Shown here in pieces: positions 1 through 8,239 of a stretch of DNA of 64,000 nt. Source of the stretch: Planctomycetaceae bacterium. Lineage in GTDB: Bacteria; Planctomycetota; Planctomycetia; Planctomycetales; Planctomycetaceae. The position numbers and the translations under genes were made by a program. The DNA lies in the NCBI GenBank assembly GCA_041398745.1, contig JAWKUB010000005.1:542497-606496 (forward strand), in the 5' to 3' direction. Position 1 is the first letter of the stretch. Every line of letters starts with the position of its first letter. The notes under the pieces were generated by a model. The model saw only the letters and a program-made list of their open reading frames with translations. It was not told the DNA's origin and ran no database searches.

Positions 1-3000
1 ACCGTTGAAATCGCCGACCAGGAATGGCCCAGAAAAGGCTGTGTTCGAGAACTGGGGGCCCAGTGAGTTGATGAGGCGGTTCGCTCCAATTGCCCCATTC
101 GGAGTGGGCCCACCAGTGGCTGTGCCAAAAACAAAGCGCCCGTCGTTCCTTCGGGCTGCCACATCGGACCTGCCGTCGTTATCCCAGTCGCCAATTAGGA
201 CAGAGTGCCAGCCAACGGTTTCAATGCGCCCATTAAATGATCCTGCGAATTGGGCAAGGAGTCTTCGGGAACTGTCCGGGATGACATTCGAAATGCCATA
301 CAACCAGTTGACGCGGTCCACACCCACATTCGCATTTCGTAATCCGATAATGTCGTCGACGCCATCTTGATTGACGTCACCAACGCCGAAGTCGACCCAG
401 CCGCTTGCCTCCCATCGCCCGTAGAACGAAGTCCCAAATCCCGAACCATTGAAGGACTTCACGAACCAGCTCCCCGGCAGGGGCGTAGTGTTGTTCGTGT
501 CCTGTTGCACGATGAGATCATCGCGACCGTCGCCATTAAAGTCGCCCACGAGCATATGCTGGAACGTCTCCTGGGAGGAAAAACTTCCCGCCGACATAGT
601 GGTCATGGTACCGTCACCATTGTTGCGAGCGACGAAGACAGCATTCTGAGTTGAAATTCCAAGCCCGTCGGTAAGTCCATCACCATCAAAATCGCCGGTG
701 AAAGTTCGCCAGGAAACGAAAGGATTCCACTTAGGACCATCAATCCAGGTAAACATTGTCCCATCGCTGACACCCATGCGCCATCGCGATGCGCCTTCGT
801 CAAATATGATCAAATCATCACGGCGTCCGTTCCATTTGAGTTGATAATCTGGCCGGCCCCCAGTTTCAATTTCACTAATTTGGAGGTAATACAAACCATC
901 AGCGTCGAAGGTCATCGAGAGCCCTGTTGACGTGGGTGTGAGCTCCAAACCTTGGGCCAGTTCCGTTGTTCCATCAACGTCAAACAGAGTCAGCAATAGT
1001 CGGGCGCCTTCTTCAACATTGACGGTGAAGTCGTACGTTACGCCTGCCTCCACGTTGAGTTCAAAGAAATCTGTGTCCCCGAGATATTGAATGCCGCCGA
1101 CCACAGTGCCTTCCGGGATAAGACTTGCAGTTGATGCTGAATTGGCAAAGTCGTCCGCGAGCCCTTCGACTGCTCCAATGTCAATTGTTCCAAGTGCTCG
1201 GTTCTGATTGCGTTGGTCAACAGCAAGGGGCTGGCTGCCCTGTTGGCCATCTACGGTAGCGAAGACAGGCGAGCCGCTGTCCAAGGCTGGACTGCCCGGT
1301 ACTAAGCCATGAGTCGGCGTTTCACCGCCATTGTCTTGCAGCACAGTGTCCAGAATTGTGTTGATGTCGCGGAGTCCAATGCCGTTGACGCCAACAATAT
1401 TTCCGTTCGCTCCATCCGTCAGTCCACCTCGTGTACCGGCATATCCGATGATGCTGAAAGATGAGTTGGCATTAAGTGCCGCTCCCCGAACGTCATCCGG
1501 AACCGTGCCGAGCCCATTGAAGTTTCCGGCGACAATCGAATTGTGGACAATGACAGTGGTAGGTCCGCTATCGGAGGCGTGAATTCCGCCACCGATGTCA
1601 ATCACACTCCCGTTTCCATCAGCGTCGGCGCGGTTGCCAGTAATCGTACTGTTGATGATCGTGATCACACCGCCCAAGTGCATGATACCGCCACCGTCTC
1701 GATTTGCTGAATTGCCCGATATGGTGCTGTTGACAATGAGGTAATCGCCATGGGGGGCGATCCCTCCGCCGTCAACCAACGCTCGGTTGTTTGAAACCGT
1801 GCTGGAGTCGATGACGACCGGGCCCCAACCAGCAATTGCACCTCCTAATAGCGATATATTGTCGTAGATCCACAAATTCCTCAGCGTCGTGGGAGCAAAT
1901 CCAATCGAAATCGCCGCGCCATCCGACGCATTTTCACCGTTGTTGTTCGACGAGGTGGCTCTACCTTTAGTCAAGGACAAGCCAGAGATCTCGACGGTCG
2001 CAAAATCAATATCGAAAATCTGGAATTCATCGTTGCCGCTGATGGCAAGTTTCGATGGCCCCGGACCAACGATTGTCATGTCGGTGGTAAGTGCCAGCCT
2101 TCCATGCATCAGTGTAATCGTCTGAGGAAGCTCAGCCTCCTTGAAGGTGATGGTACTAGCATCGGGAGAATTGTTGGCGTAGATGATCGCTTCCCGCAAT
2201 GACAACGTGTCAGGCATGTCTATTTCGTCAACAAAGGTGTTGACGTTAAGCCGTTCGAATTCAACGGCCCCGATGTCAACGATTTCATTCATTACGCGAA
2301 CAAAGGGCGCTCCACGCTGATCGAATAGCAGTCGGTCACTCTGTCCATCAGCCGAGTGTGAATTGTTTCCATGGTCAATTGCCGGGCTGGTTGAGACCAG
2401 AGAATGGAAAGGCGTCTTCCCTGTTGGTTTCGTCAGCACCGTTTCGAGTATGGACTCAATTGGTCTTACCCCAGCCCCATCGAGTCCAACGATATTCCCT
2501 TGCTGTCCATCCTGCAGGCCGCCGGCGGTAGCAGCGTCACCAATCAGGTTGTTTGAAGAAGTCGAGTCGAATGGCTTGCCTCCTCGAATGTCATCGGAGG
2601 TACTTCCTGAATCAACGAAGTTTCCTGCCACAATTGAATTGTGCATGATGGGCTTGATGCCTCCATCGTCGCCAACATAAATGCCGCCACCAATTCCATT
2701 TGGAGTCCCTGGCCCATCAGCATTTGCACGGTTGCCGGTAATGGTGCTGTTGATGAAAAGGCCGGAACTGCGAGTACCGAAAATAATCCCTCCGCCGAAC
2801 CGATCGGCAGAGTTTCCTGACACCGTTGTATTGACCAACTCGAGATAACCAGCTCCGTTGTCGATCGCGCCACCGTGGGAGGCAGACATATTTCCGGTAA
2901 TTGCGCTATCCCTGATGACAAGGCTGCCGAGTGAGTTGTAGATCGCACCACCTTCCGACGTGGCAGTGTTCTGTGTAATCCAGGTGCGAGTGAGTGTCAG

Positions 3001-3510
3001 ATTCCCACCGTTACGGATGGCTCCGCCGAAGCCATCGTGTCCATTAGCTAGGGTCATGTCACTAATTGAAACCTCATAGTCCCCGATGAAGAACACGCGA
3101 GTCGTGTCATTTCCGCTGATTGTCAAAAGGTCCACACCCGGTCCAGTAATCGTCAGGTTTCCTTGAATGTTAAGAAAAATACCGCCGACAATGAGGGTCT
3201 GAGGACCGCCTGCAAAGAGACTGGGGTCGAAGGTAATGCTGTCGTCAAATGTGCCTGCTGGTGCATCTCCTGACGGCATGTTCGTGTTTGATGCCTCAAT
3301 CGCCTCTCGCAGGCTGATCAGTCCGTCTTCTACCCCGGGGTTGTCTAGCAACGTGTTTACAACATATGCGGTAAGCAAGGTTCGCGTCTCCAACAACTCC
3401 ACGGAATTCTTGCGTTGCCGAGCCCTCGAAGTCCTTCTCATGTGGAATTGCGATCGAAAATACGGGAGTAGAACGTCCAGAGTAGATCGCAGGGAATTGA
3501 ATTGAATCAT
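1..3510 (-). CDS. Large secreted repeat protein, partial (C-terminus lies beyond position 1). It has a planctomycete-type leader, two right-handed beta-helix blocks each introduced by an SLREAI (CSLREA-like) motif, a PPC-like beta-sandwich, then FG-GAP/VCBS-type GDFNGDG repeats.
   Basis: Absent from the ORF track because the frame stays open to the window edge. Manual minus-strand translation from the ATG at 3510 gives MIQFNSLRSTLDVLLPYFRSQFHMRRTSRARQRKNSVELLETRTLLTAYVVNTLLDNPGVEDGLISLREAIEASN... It also shows repeated NSTI(T/S)GN rungs, DTDFFELNVEAGVTYDFTV, and GDFDGDGLTDG / GDFNGDGRDDL / GDWDNDGRSDV. The frame was spot-checked at 3301-3510, 1981-2040 and 1-60. Confidence 0.8.
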   Translation of the reverse strand, partial: MIQFNSLRSTLDVLLPYFRSQFHMRRTSRARQRKNSVELLETRTLLTAYVVNTLLDNPGVEDGLISLREAIEASNTNMPSGDAPAGTFDDSITFDPSLFAGGPQTLIVGGIFLNIQGNLTITGPGVDLLTISGNDTTRVFFIGDYEVSISDMTLANGHDGFGGAIRNGGNLTLTRTWITQNTATSEGGAIYNSLGSLVIRDSAITGNMSASHGGAIDNGAGYLELVNTTVSGNSADRFGGGIIFGTRSSGLFINSTITGNRANADGPGTPNGIGGGIYVGDDGGIKPIMHNSIVAGNFVDSGSTSDDIRGGKPFDSTSSNNLIGDAATAGGLQDGQQGNIVGLDGAGVRPIESILETVLTKPTGKTPFHSLVSTSPAIDHGNNSHSADGQSDRLLFDQRGAPFVRVMNEIVDIGAVEFERLNVNTFVDEIDMPDTLSLREAIIYANNSPDASTITFKEAELPQTITLMHGRLALTTDMTIVGPGPSKLAISGNDEFQIFDIDFATVEISGLSLTKGRATSSNNNGENASDGAAISIGFAPTTLRNLWIYDNISLLGGAIAGWGPVVIDSSTVSNNRALVDGGGIAPHGDYLIVNSTISGNSANRDGGGIMHLGGVITIINSTITGNRADADGNGSVIDIGGGIHASDSGPTTVIVHNSIVAGNFNGLGTVPDDVRGAALNANSSFSIIGYAGTRGGLTDGANGNIVGVNGIGLRDINTILDTVLQDNGGETPTHGLVPGSPALDSGSPVFATVDGQQGSQPLAVDQRNQNRALGTIDIGAVEGLADDFANSASTASLIPEGTVVGGIQYLGDTDFFELNVEAGVTYDFTVNVEEGARLLLTLFDVDGTTELAQGLELTPTSTGLSMTFDADGLYYLQISEIETGGRPDYQLKWNGRRDDLIIFDEGASRWRMGVSDGTMFTWIDGPKWNPFVSWRTFTGDFDGDGLTDGLGISTQNAVFVARNNGDGTMTTMSAGSFSSQETFQHMLVGDFNGDGRDDLIVQQDTNNTTPLPGSWFVKSFNGSGFGTSFYGRWEASGWVDFGVGDVNQDGVDDIIGLRNANVGVDRVNWLYGISNVIPDSSRRLLAQFAGSFNGRIETVGWHSVLIGDWDNDGRSDVAARRNDGRFVFGTATGGPTPNGAIGANRLINSLGPQFSNTAFSGPFLVGDFNG

Positions 3511-3795
3511 GACATTCCACCTTGGGTGAACCAAACGTGATCGGGAAGAGGCCGATACGATGAAAACTTTCGAACATACATTACTTACTTTTCCGTATTC
3601 TAGACTGCAAGTGACGATGAACGCCATGAATCACAATGTCTCCAAGGCCGCAAAGTCAGATCGCGAAGAATCCCCTTGCGTGTAGATTCTTTCCAACGAT
3701 TATGTTGGCATGGAATGGCTGAATGCCTTTCTCCGAAAGCCGTATGAGGTGTGCGGCGGAGCGTCGGGGGCTTAGGCGACGGTAGGAGCCGGTGG

Positions 3796-3858
3796 CCGCG
3801 ACCCGCGGAGATGTCGCAGCCGGTCCCTCGGCGTCGTCGGCAGCTCCGCGGGTCGCGG
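3796..3858. repeat. 15-bp perfect inverted repeat (CCGCGACCCGCGGAG / CTCCGCGGGTCGCGG) with a 33-nt spacer, inside a locally GC-rich non-coding block
   Basis: Read directly; the arms are 3796-3810 and 3844-3858. Confidence 0.9.
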
Positions 3859-3938
3859 GCAAAGCCCGTCGACGCGACGCCCTCATCGTGGTGTCCGCTT
3901 CTCGGCTCGTCCGAGCGGTGCAAGGGTTCGCTTTCTGC

Positions 3939-3968
3939 GACCCGTTACACGACCCGCAGCGTGACCCG
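3939..3968 (+). repeat. Three direct GACCCG repeats phased at exactly 12 bp (3939, 3951, 3963). A further copy lies at 3800 in the left arm of the inverted repeat.
   Basis: Read directly: cGACCCGttacacGACCCGcagcgtGACCCGttc. Confidence 0.85.
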
Positions 3969-4034
3969 TTCAGGGGACACGTTCCGCATCAGCAAAAAGT
4001 CAGTCGCTGTTTCGCGTCATAGCATGAGTTTTGA

Positions 4035-5462
4035 TCAACAATTCTCACTCTGCACAATGCGAGGCAACTGCCGTTCCACGGCAATCGACTCCAGCACCTG
4101 TAAGTGTGGTTTGGCGGTCTCGACTGCCTCCCGCCGAATGATGTCCGCCAGCCGCGAACTCGTTTCCCGTTCGACCGCCGCCGCAATCCAACGACGACGA
4201 TCTGCGAGCGACGCAATCCCCCACTCCGTCAACAACTGCTGCTGTCGACCATGACGGGCCGCACGTTGCTGCTTGATCTGAGCATCTTCCTGAACCTGCT
4301 GGACATCCTGTTGCCGATGTCGCTGGCGAATCGCGTTGCGTCGTTCCTGCTGCACAATCGACTGCGGCTTCTCCCAGTTCTCCTGAATCGCCTTCCGCAA
4401 CATCCCGACGCGGTTCTCTGTCGGATTGCGAGCATCGAGCCAGTCCAATTGATTTCGGACAACATCCATCCCCTGCTGCTTCACCAGCTTTGTGGCACTG
4501 CCACGATCCAATCCCGCCTCGATCAATAATTGAATCCCCTCTTTCCAGGCAGCAGCCGGTTGTTGTTTTAGAGTGTCTTTGTTTGTTGTCTTTCTACTGC
4601 TGGGGTTTTTGAACCGATGTTCTGCTGGGCTTTCTGAACCGTTCCTGCTGGGGATTTTGGACCGATTGGTCTCTGCTGGGATTTTTGAACCGATCTCGCC
4701 GCTATTCGCTGCCTGAAGCCAACGAACGCCGTAAGTCGTGGCCTGTTGTTGCGACACGTCAGGACTGAAGATTCCGGATTCAAGTCGCTGAATGTATCCC
4801 GCTGATTCGGCACTCTGGATTGCCTGGGACAGCGTTTTGCCATTGCTGAGCCGGGCATAGTTGGCGATCAACTGATACGACAACGGTGCCGATGAACGTC
4901 GTCCACCGAACTGGTTCTGGTATCCAATGGTGTGACGCAACACCGTGCCCACAACCTTCGTGACCGCCAACGGCTCGACAGGCACAATGCGATCAAAGAA
5001 CGCATTCGGCACGGGGGTACGATGTCCTTCCCCGGCATAGAATCCATCGAAGTCGGACGGCGATTTCACATATTCCGTAGCGCTCCCCCACTTCAGTCGG
5101 TACTGGCCAGATTGTCCGGCTGATCCACTGGACTTGGACTTCCCTGAACGGAGTTCATCGATGAACCCACCGTTCATGGCCTCGGTCAACGCATCCTTCA
5201 GGGCTCCGCGACTGATGCCCGCATGCTCAATCAACTCCCGCCACGTGACCGAGATCTCCTGCTCAATCGGTTCTCCATTCGCATCGAGCCATCCCAACGT
5301 CCGCCGCAGCAAATGCGCCACCAATCGCACGCAACCCCGCGATCCATGTGGCAACAGCACGTCAAAGAACTGATTCGGGCAATAGACATAGTTCGCCGTC
5401 AGCGGCTCAAACCCCTGGAACGGCTCTACCGACTGCCGATGCTGTGATTTGGACTCAGGCAT
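4035..5462 (-). CDS. Putative replication-initiator / replisome-organizer-like protein with tandem winged-helix N-domains and a basic Q/R-rich C-terminus
   Basis: 475-aa ORF. Two similar segments (NQFFDVLLP...VRLVAHLLRRTLGW...ISVTWRELIEHAGISRGALKDALTEAMNGGFI and NAFFDRIVP...TKVVGTVLRHTIGY...LSYQLIANYARLSNGKTLSQAIQSAESAGYI) resemble phage or plasmid initiator wHTH modules. The gene lies next to an excisionase-type gene and contains iteron-like repeats. Confidence 0.55.
   Translation of the reverse strand: MPESKSQHRQSVEPFQGFEPLTANYVYCPNQFFDVLLPHGSRGCVRLVAHLLRRTLGWLDANGEPIEQEISVTWRELIEHAGISRGALKDALTEAMNGGFIDELRSGKSKSSGSAGQSGQYRLKWGSATEYVKSPSDFDGFYAGEGHRTPVPNAFFDRIVPVEPLAVTKVVGTVLRHTIGYQNQFGGRRSSAPLSYQLIANYARLSNGKTLSQAIQSAESAGYIQRLESGIFSPDVSQQQATTYGVRWLQAANSGEIGSKIPAETNRSKIPSRNGSESPAEHRFKNPSSRKTTNKDTLKQQPAAAWKEGIQLLIEAGLDRGSATKLVKQQGMDVVRNQLDWLDARNPTENRVGMLRKAIQENWEKPQSIVQQERRNAIRQRHRQQDVQQVQEDAQIKQQRAARHGRQQQLLTEWGIASLADRRRWIAAAVERETSSRLADIIRREAVETAKPHLQVLESIAVERQLPRIVQSENC
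4598..4695. repeat. Four tandem ~22-bp iteron-like direct repeats (consensus CTGCTGGGnTTTTTGAACCGAT) inside the initiator-like gene, next to a T-rich tract (4561-4597)
   Basis: Units at 4598-4619, 4623-4644, 4646-4667 and 4674-4695. They encode the low-complexity linker ...GSKIPAETNRSKIPSRNGSESPAEHRFKNPSS... Confidence 0.8.
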
Positions 5463-5483
5463 GGGAAGGGATTGCGGTCAAAC

Positions 5484-6032
5484 CTAAGAGCGTGACCGGC
5501 CAAACAAATGGAACTCACGCAGCCAGAAAGAACGGCTGCGATCAGTCCCCTGCTTCGGCTCCATCACAACTTCTGCTGGTGATGCTGGCGCCGCAATGGA
5601 AAGTCGCTGCTGCAATTCCTTCATCAGGATGTTCTGCTCACGCATGCGTTCATTCTGATTCCCAATTTGCTCATCCTTGCGGTCGAGTTGCTTTTCCAGG
5701 GTTTCAATCTGACGATCCTTCGACTGCAACTGCTCCCGCAGAACTTCAATCAAAGGTGAAGAGAGTTCATCGATAGGGGAGTCTACTTTGCGAGTTTTCG
5801 GCTTCTGCTCCGGCTCTTTGGGAAGTCGTTGCAACAGAAACTCCCGCTCGATCCGCCACGCATACAGCTCACCCGCCGCCCGCTTGGCCGCCAGTTCGTT
5901 GACGGACGGCTGAATTGATTCCCTGTCAGGGTGGCCTTCCGTCTGCACCACATCATGAATCAACCGCTTAATCGTCGATTCCGACTTGCCCACGAGTGCG
6001 GCGGCATCTTTGACTGTGAGAAACTTTTCCAT
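5484..6032 (-). CDS. Excisionase-family / MerR-type HTH DNA-binding protein with a coiled-coil C-terminus
   Basis: N-terminus MEKFLTVKDAAALVGKSESTIKRLI matches the HTH_17/excisionase pattern. The C-terminal half is E/Q/K-rich and heptad-like. Confidence 0.7.
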   Translation of the reverse strand: MEKFLTVKDAAALVGKSESTIKRLIHDVVQTEGHPDRESIQPSVNELAAKRAAGELYAWRIEREFLLQRLPKEPEQKPKTRKVDSPIDELSSPLIEVLREQLQSKDRQIETLEKQLDRKDEQIGNQNERMREQNILMKELQQRLSIAAPASPAEVVMEPKQGTDRSRSFWLREFHLFGRSRS

Positions 6033-6133
6033 AATGAGGGTGGGGGAGTAACGCCACCAGCATACCCCAGTTCACCGCCCCGTCCAAGAAAATCATGGCC
6101 GAAGTTCACTGATCGCCGTTCAACCACCCCGAT

Positions 6134-6161
6134 CATGACTCATCCATGACCCCGCCATGAC
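6134..6161 (+). promoter_or_regulatory. Three direct CATGAC repeats phased at 11 bp, upstream of the excisionase-type gene; candidate protein-binding array
   Basis: gatCATGACtcatcCATGACcccgcCATGACcgc, with repeats starting at 6134, 6145 and 6156. Confidence 0.45.
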
Positions 6162-6354
6162 CGCATCCATAAACGGGGCAAGAGGGGAGTCGTCGAGTCC
6201 AGACCTGCGTCCCCAGCCGGTCATTGGCCGACCAGTGAACCGTCCACACCCCGATCAACCGCCGGTCAGGTTTCCCTTGCACAAATGCCTGAACGATGTC
6301 ATGACCTCAGCCATGCAGGGCAGTGACGCCGGTTACTGACTCGCGTTGAGCTCC

Positions 6355-6500
6355 ACAGCACTTTTGCAATCTGCTCCGGCGTGTGCCGCTTCCGTCGCTT
6401 CTTCGTCACCCGCAAAGGTCTCTTCAATGCCACACAGGTAGTTGAAACACTCGTGGCACATGGACCAAGTCTTCAATTGCAGACCACTCCAATTCTTGGC
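6355..6500 (-). mobile_element. Remnant of the 5' region of an IS3-family-like element (leader plus the first ~17 codons of an HTH_Tnp_1-type OrfA). It is homologous to the remnant at 34523-34800 but inverted.
   Basis: The minus strand reads ...cttggtccatgtgccacgagtgtttcaactacctgtgtggcattgaagagacctttgcgggtgacgaagaagcgacggaagcggcacacgccggagcagattgcaaaagtgctg. This aligns by eye with 34590-34700. It encodes (V)TKKRRKRHTPEQIAKVL and then diverges. Confidence 0.7.
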
Positions 6501-6593
6501 TGTACGCGATTCATGCTAAACCGCATTACCGCTTGACACGCCTGGAGCTAACGTGGTAGCTTGGCTGCAGCAATTTTCATGCCAGGAACAAGA

Positions 6594-7124
6594 ATGACAA
6601 AAGAACTTGAACTCGAATTGACATTCCTCGCCTCTCCGAGGTTGGTGACCCATTCACTGTTGGAAGGTGTAGATATGGTTGATGTGTACATCCCGTCCAA
6701 CACAAGTGTCGTGCATCCGCGATTACGGCTTCGGCAGCAGGCAGACCGCTACACCGTAACAAAAAAGATTCCCGTGAGCAGCGATGATGCATCGGCGCAC
6801 ACCGAGGAAACCATTTGCCTGACTCTTGACGAATTTGAATGCCTTTCAGCAGCGAGCGGTCGTAGGGTTGCGAAGACGAGATACAAATGTGACTTGGGAG
6901 GCCGAATAGCTGAAGTAGACGTCTTCAAGGAATCGCTTGCGGGCCTTGTCCTCATTGACTTTGAGTTTGCGAATTCTAGTGAACTTCTGGATTTCACCCC
7001 TCCACCTGAGTGCTTGGCAGATGTCACGCAGGAGGAGTTTATTGCGGGAGGAGTGCTCGCTGGAAAGTCCTACAATGATATTAGTCCGCAGCTAGAGAGA
7101 TTCAACTATGAACCAGTCCGGTAA
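6594..7124 (+). CDS. CYTH-domain (triphosphate tunnel metalloenzyme / CyaB-ThTPase-like) protein
   Basis: ExExK-type start (MTKELELELTF), then RLRLRQ, YTVTKK, AKTRYK and EVDVF...GLVLIDFEF acidic/basic strand pattern. The ATG at 6594 is preferred over the TTG at 6561. Confidence 0.65.
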   Translation: MTKELELELTFLASPRLVTHSLLEGVDMVDVYIPSNTSVVHPRLRLRQQADRYTVTKKIPVSSDDASAHTEETICLTLDEFECLSAASGRRVAKTRYKCDLGGRIAEVDVFKESLAGLVLIDFEFANSSELLDFTPPPECLADVTQEEFIAGGVLAGKSYNDISPQLERFNYEPVR

Positions 7125-7626
7125 ACGATCATCGCGGCAGGACACTGTTCGCTACTTTGGCAGTCTCGCCATTGCAGCACAAACTGATAGCGAGTCAGAG
7201 CTAGCCGTGCAGGCCCTAACTGAATGTAGCAACTTCCTTAAGGGCAAGTATGCACCAGGCCGGCATCACGTAGCCTCTGTCCTAAAGTGTGTTGGCAACA
7301 CCTACTTTGGTCTACACATAGACTGCGTAGGTTTCGACAGATGTGCCGAGGGTATAGCGCTTGCTAGCGCTGTAATGGCTGATGAAAGCGACTTTCAGAT
7401 CGTCGTTTCGATGATGTGGAATGGTGAGTCCGGTATTGAACCCTGGCTGATTCCGCCGTGCGGTGATTGTCGGCAATTCCTGCACGAATACGCCCCTAGT
7501 GTAAAGGTTGCTGTTGAGTCCGATGCGAGGATTCGTCTCCATCCGATAGAATGCCTGCTCCCATTTGCGTATAGTTCATCAGCTAAAACTGCTAAACGGA
7601 GGCTTCGCATTGTGGGTCGCGATTGA
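7108..7626 (+). CDS. Cytidine-deaminase-fold zinc enzyme (Cdd / blasticidin-S-deaminase type)
   Basis: CAEGIALASAV and PPCGDCRQFL zinc-ligand motifs. The start overlaps the CYTH gene by 17 nt. Confidence 0.75.
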   Translation: MNQSGKRSSRQDTVRYFGSLAIAAQTDSESELAVQALTECSNFLKGKYAPGRHHVASVLKCVGNTYFGLHIDCVGFDRCAEGIALASAVMADESDFQIVVSMMWNGESGIEPWLIPPCGDCRQFLHEYAPSVKVAVESDARIRLHPIECLLPFAYSSSAKTAKRRLRIVGRD

Positions 7627-8239
7627 TGGCACTGATGCAACTGGTAAGACTACTTTATGTCACCTTATCAGAGATCGCCTAGTTTCTCTTGGTTACAACG
7701 TGACGATAATTGGTGAATTCTCAGATTCGATTCTGGGCGATTTTCTCAATCGCATCGTCCGTGAGAGAAAGTATTTCTCATTCAGCAATGGCGACCCACC
7801 GCTTGCAGTTGCCGAGTCGCTTTGTCTGGTTGCGGATCTCGCCGCAAAGGCAAGCCAAGCGAAATACCAGCGTGGCTGTGATCTGGTGCTATCCGACCGC
7901 GGCGTCCTTTCCGTACTTGGCTATCAGTTTGCTCGGGTCTCGGATGTTTACGGTGCCTCCGTTGCCGAGAGAACGATTGACCAAATCCGTGAACTTATCT
8001 GTAACCTGGAGTTAGGGCCAGACTGTCATGTCTTCTTAGATGCAGGCTCCGCAACATTGCGGTCACGACTCGCCAAGAGATACGGAGGTTCGGTTTCACT
8101 GAGCGACCATGCTAAAGTGCTACGCTACCAGGAATGCTGCAAGAAATATCTGTCGGGTTCCGATTTCTGTATTGTCATTGATGAATGCGAGAATCTTGCA
8201 GGCCGAATTACTGAGATCGCATGCAAGCTAATTAATTGA
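7565..8239 (+). CDS. dTMP-kinase-like P-loop nucleotide kinase
   Basis: Walker A VAIDGTDATGKTT. VLSDRGVLSVLGYQF matches the DR(Y/F)xxSxxAYQ motif of thymidylate kinases. The true start may be the TTG near 7610. Either start overlaps the deaminase gene. Confidence 0.65.
   Translation: MRIVHQLKLLNGGFALWVAIDGTDATGKTTLCHLIRDRLVSLGYNVTIIGEFSDSILGDFLNRIVRERKYFSFSNGDPPLAVAESLCLVADLAAKASQAKYQRGCDLVLSDRGVLSVLGYQFARVSDVYGASVAERTIDQIRELICNLELGPDCHVFLDAGSATLRSRLAKRYGGSVSLSDHAKVLRYQECCKKYLSGSDFCIVIDECENLAGRITEIACKLIN

Noticed and set aside
3600-4254. Four mutually overlapping ORFs (3600-3923 -, 3656-3886 -, 3751-4254 +, 3792-4022 +) encoding Arg/Pro/Gly/Ala-rich peptides
   Set aside because: They overlap one another on both strands, and their composition simply mirrors the GC-rich DNA. 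They have no motifs. The region is better explained as structured non-coding DNA, and 4035-4254 is antisense to the initiator-like gene.
4598-4695. CRISPR array (also considered for 34523-34628)
   Set aside because: There are only 2-4 imperfect units with essentially no spacers. One set lies inside a coding linker and the other inside an IS leader. No cas genes are present in the window.
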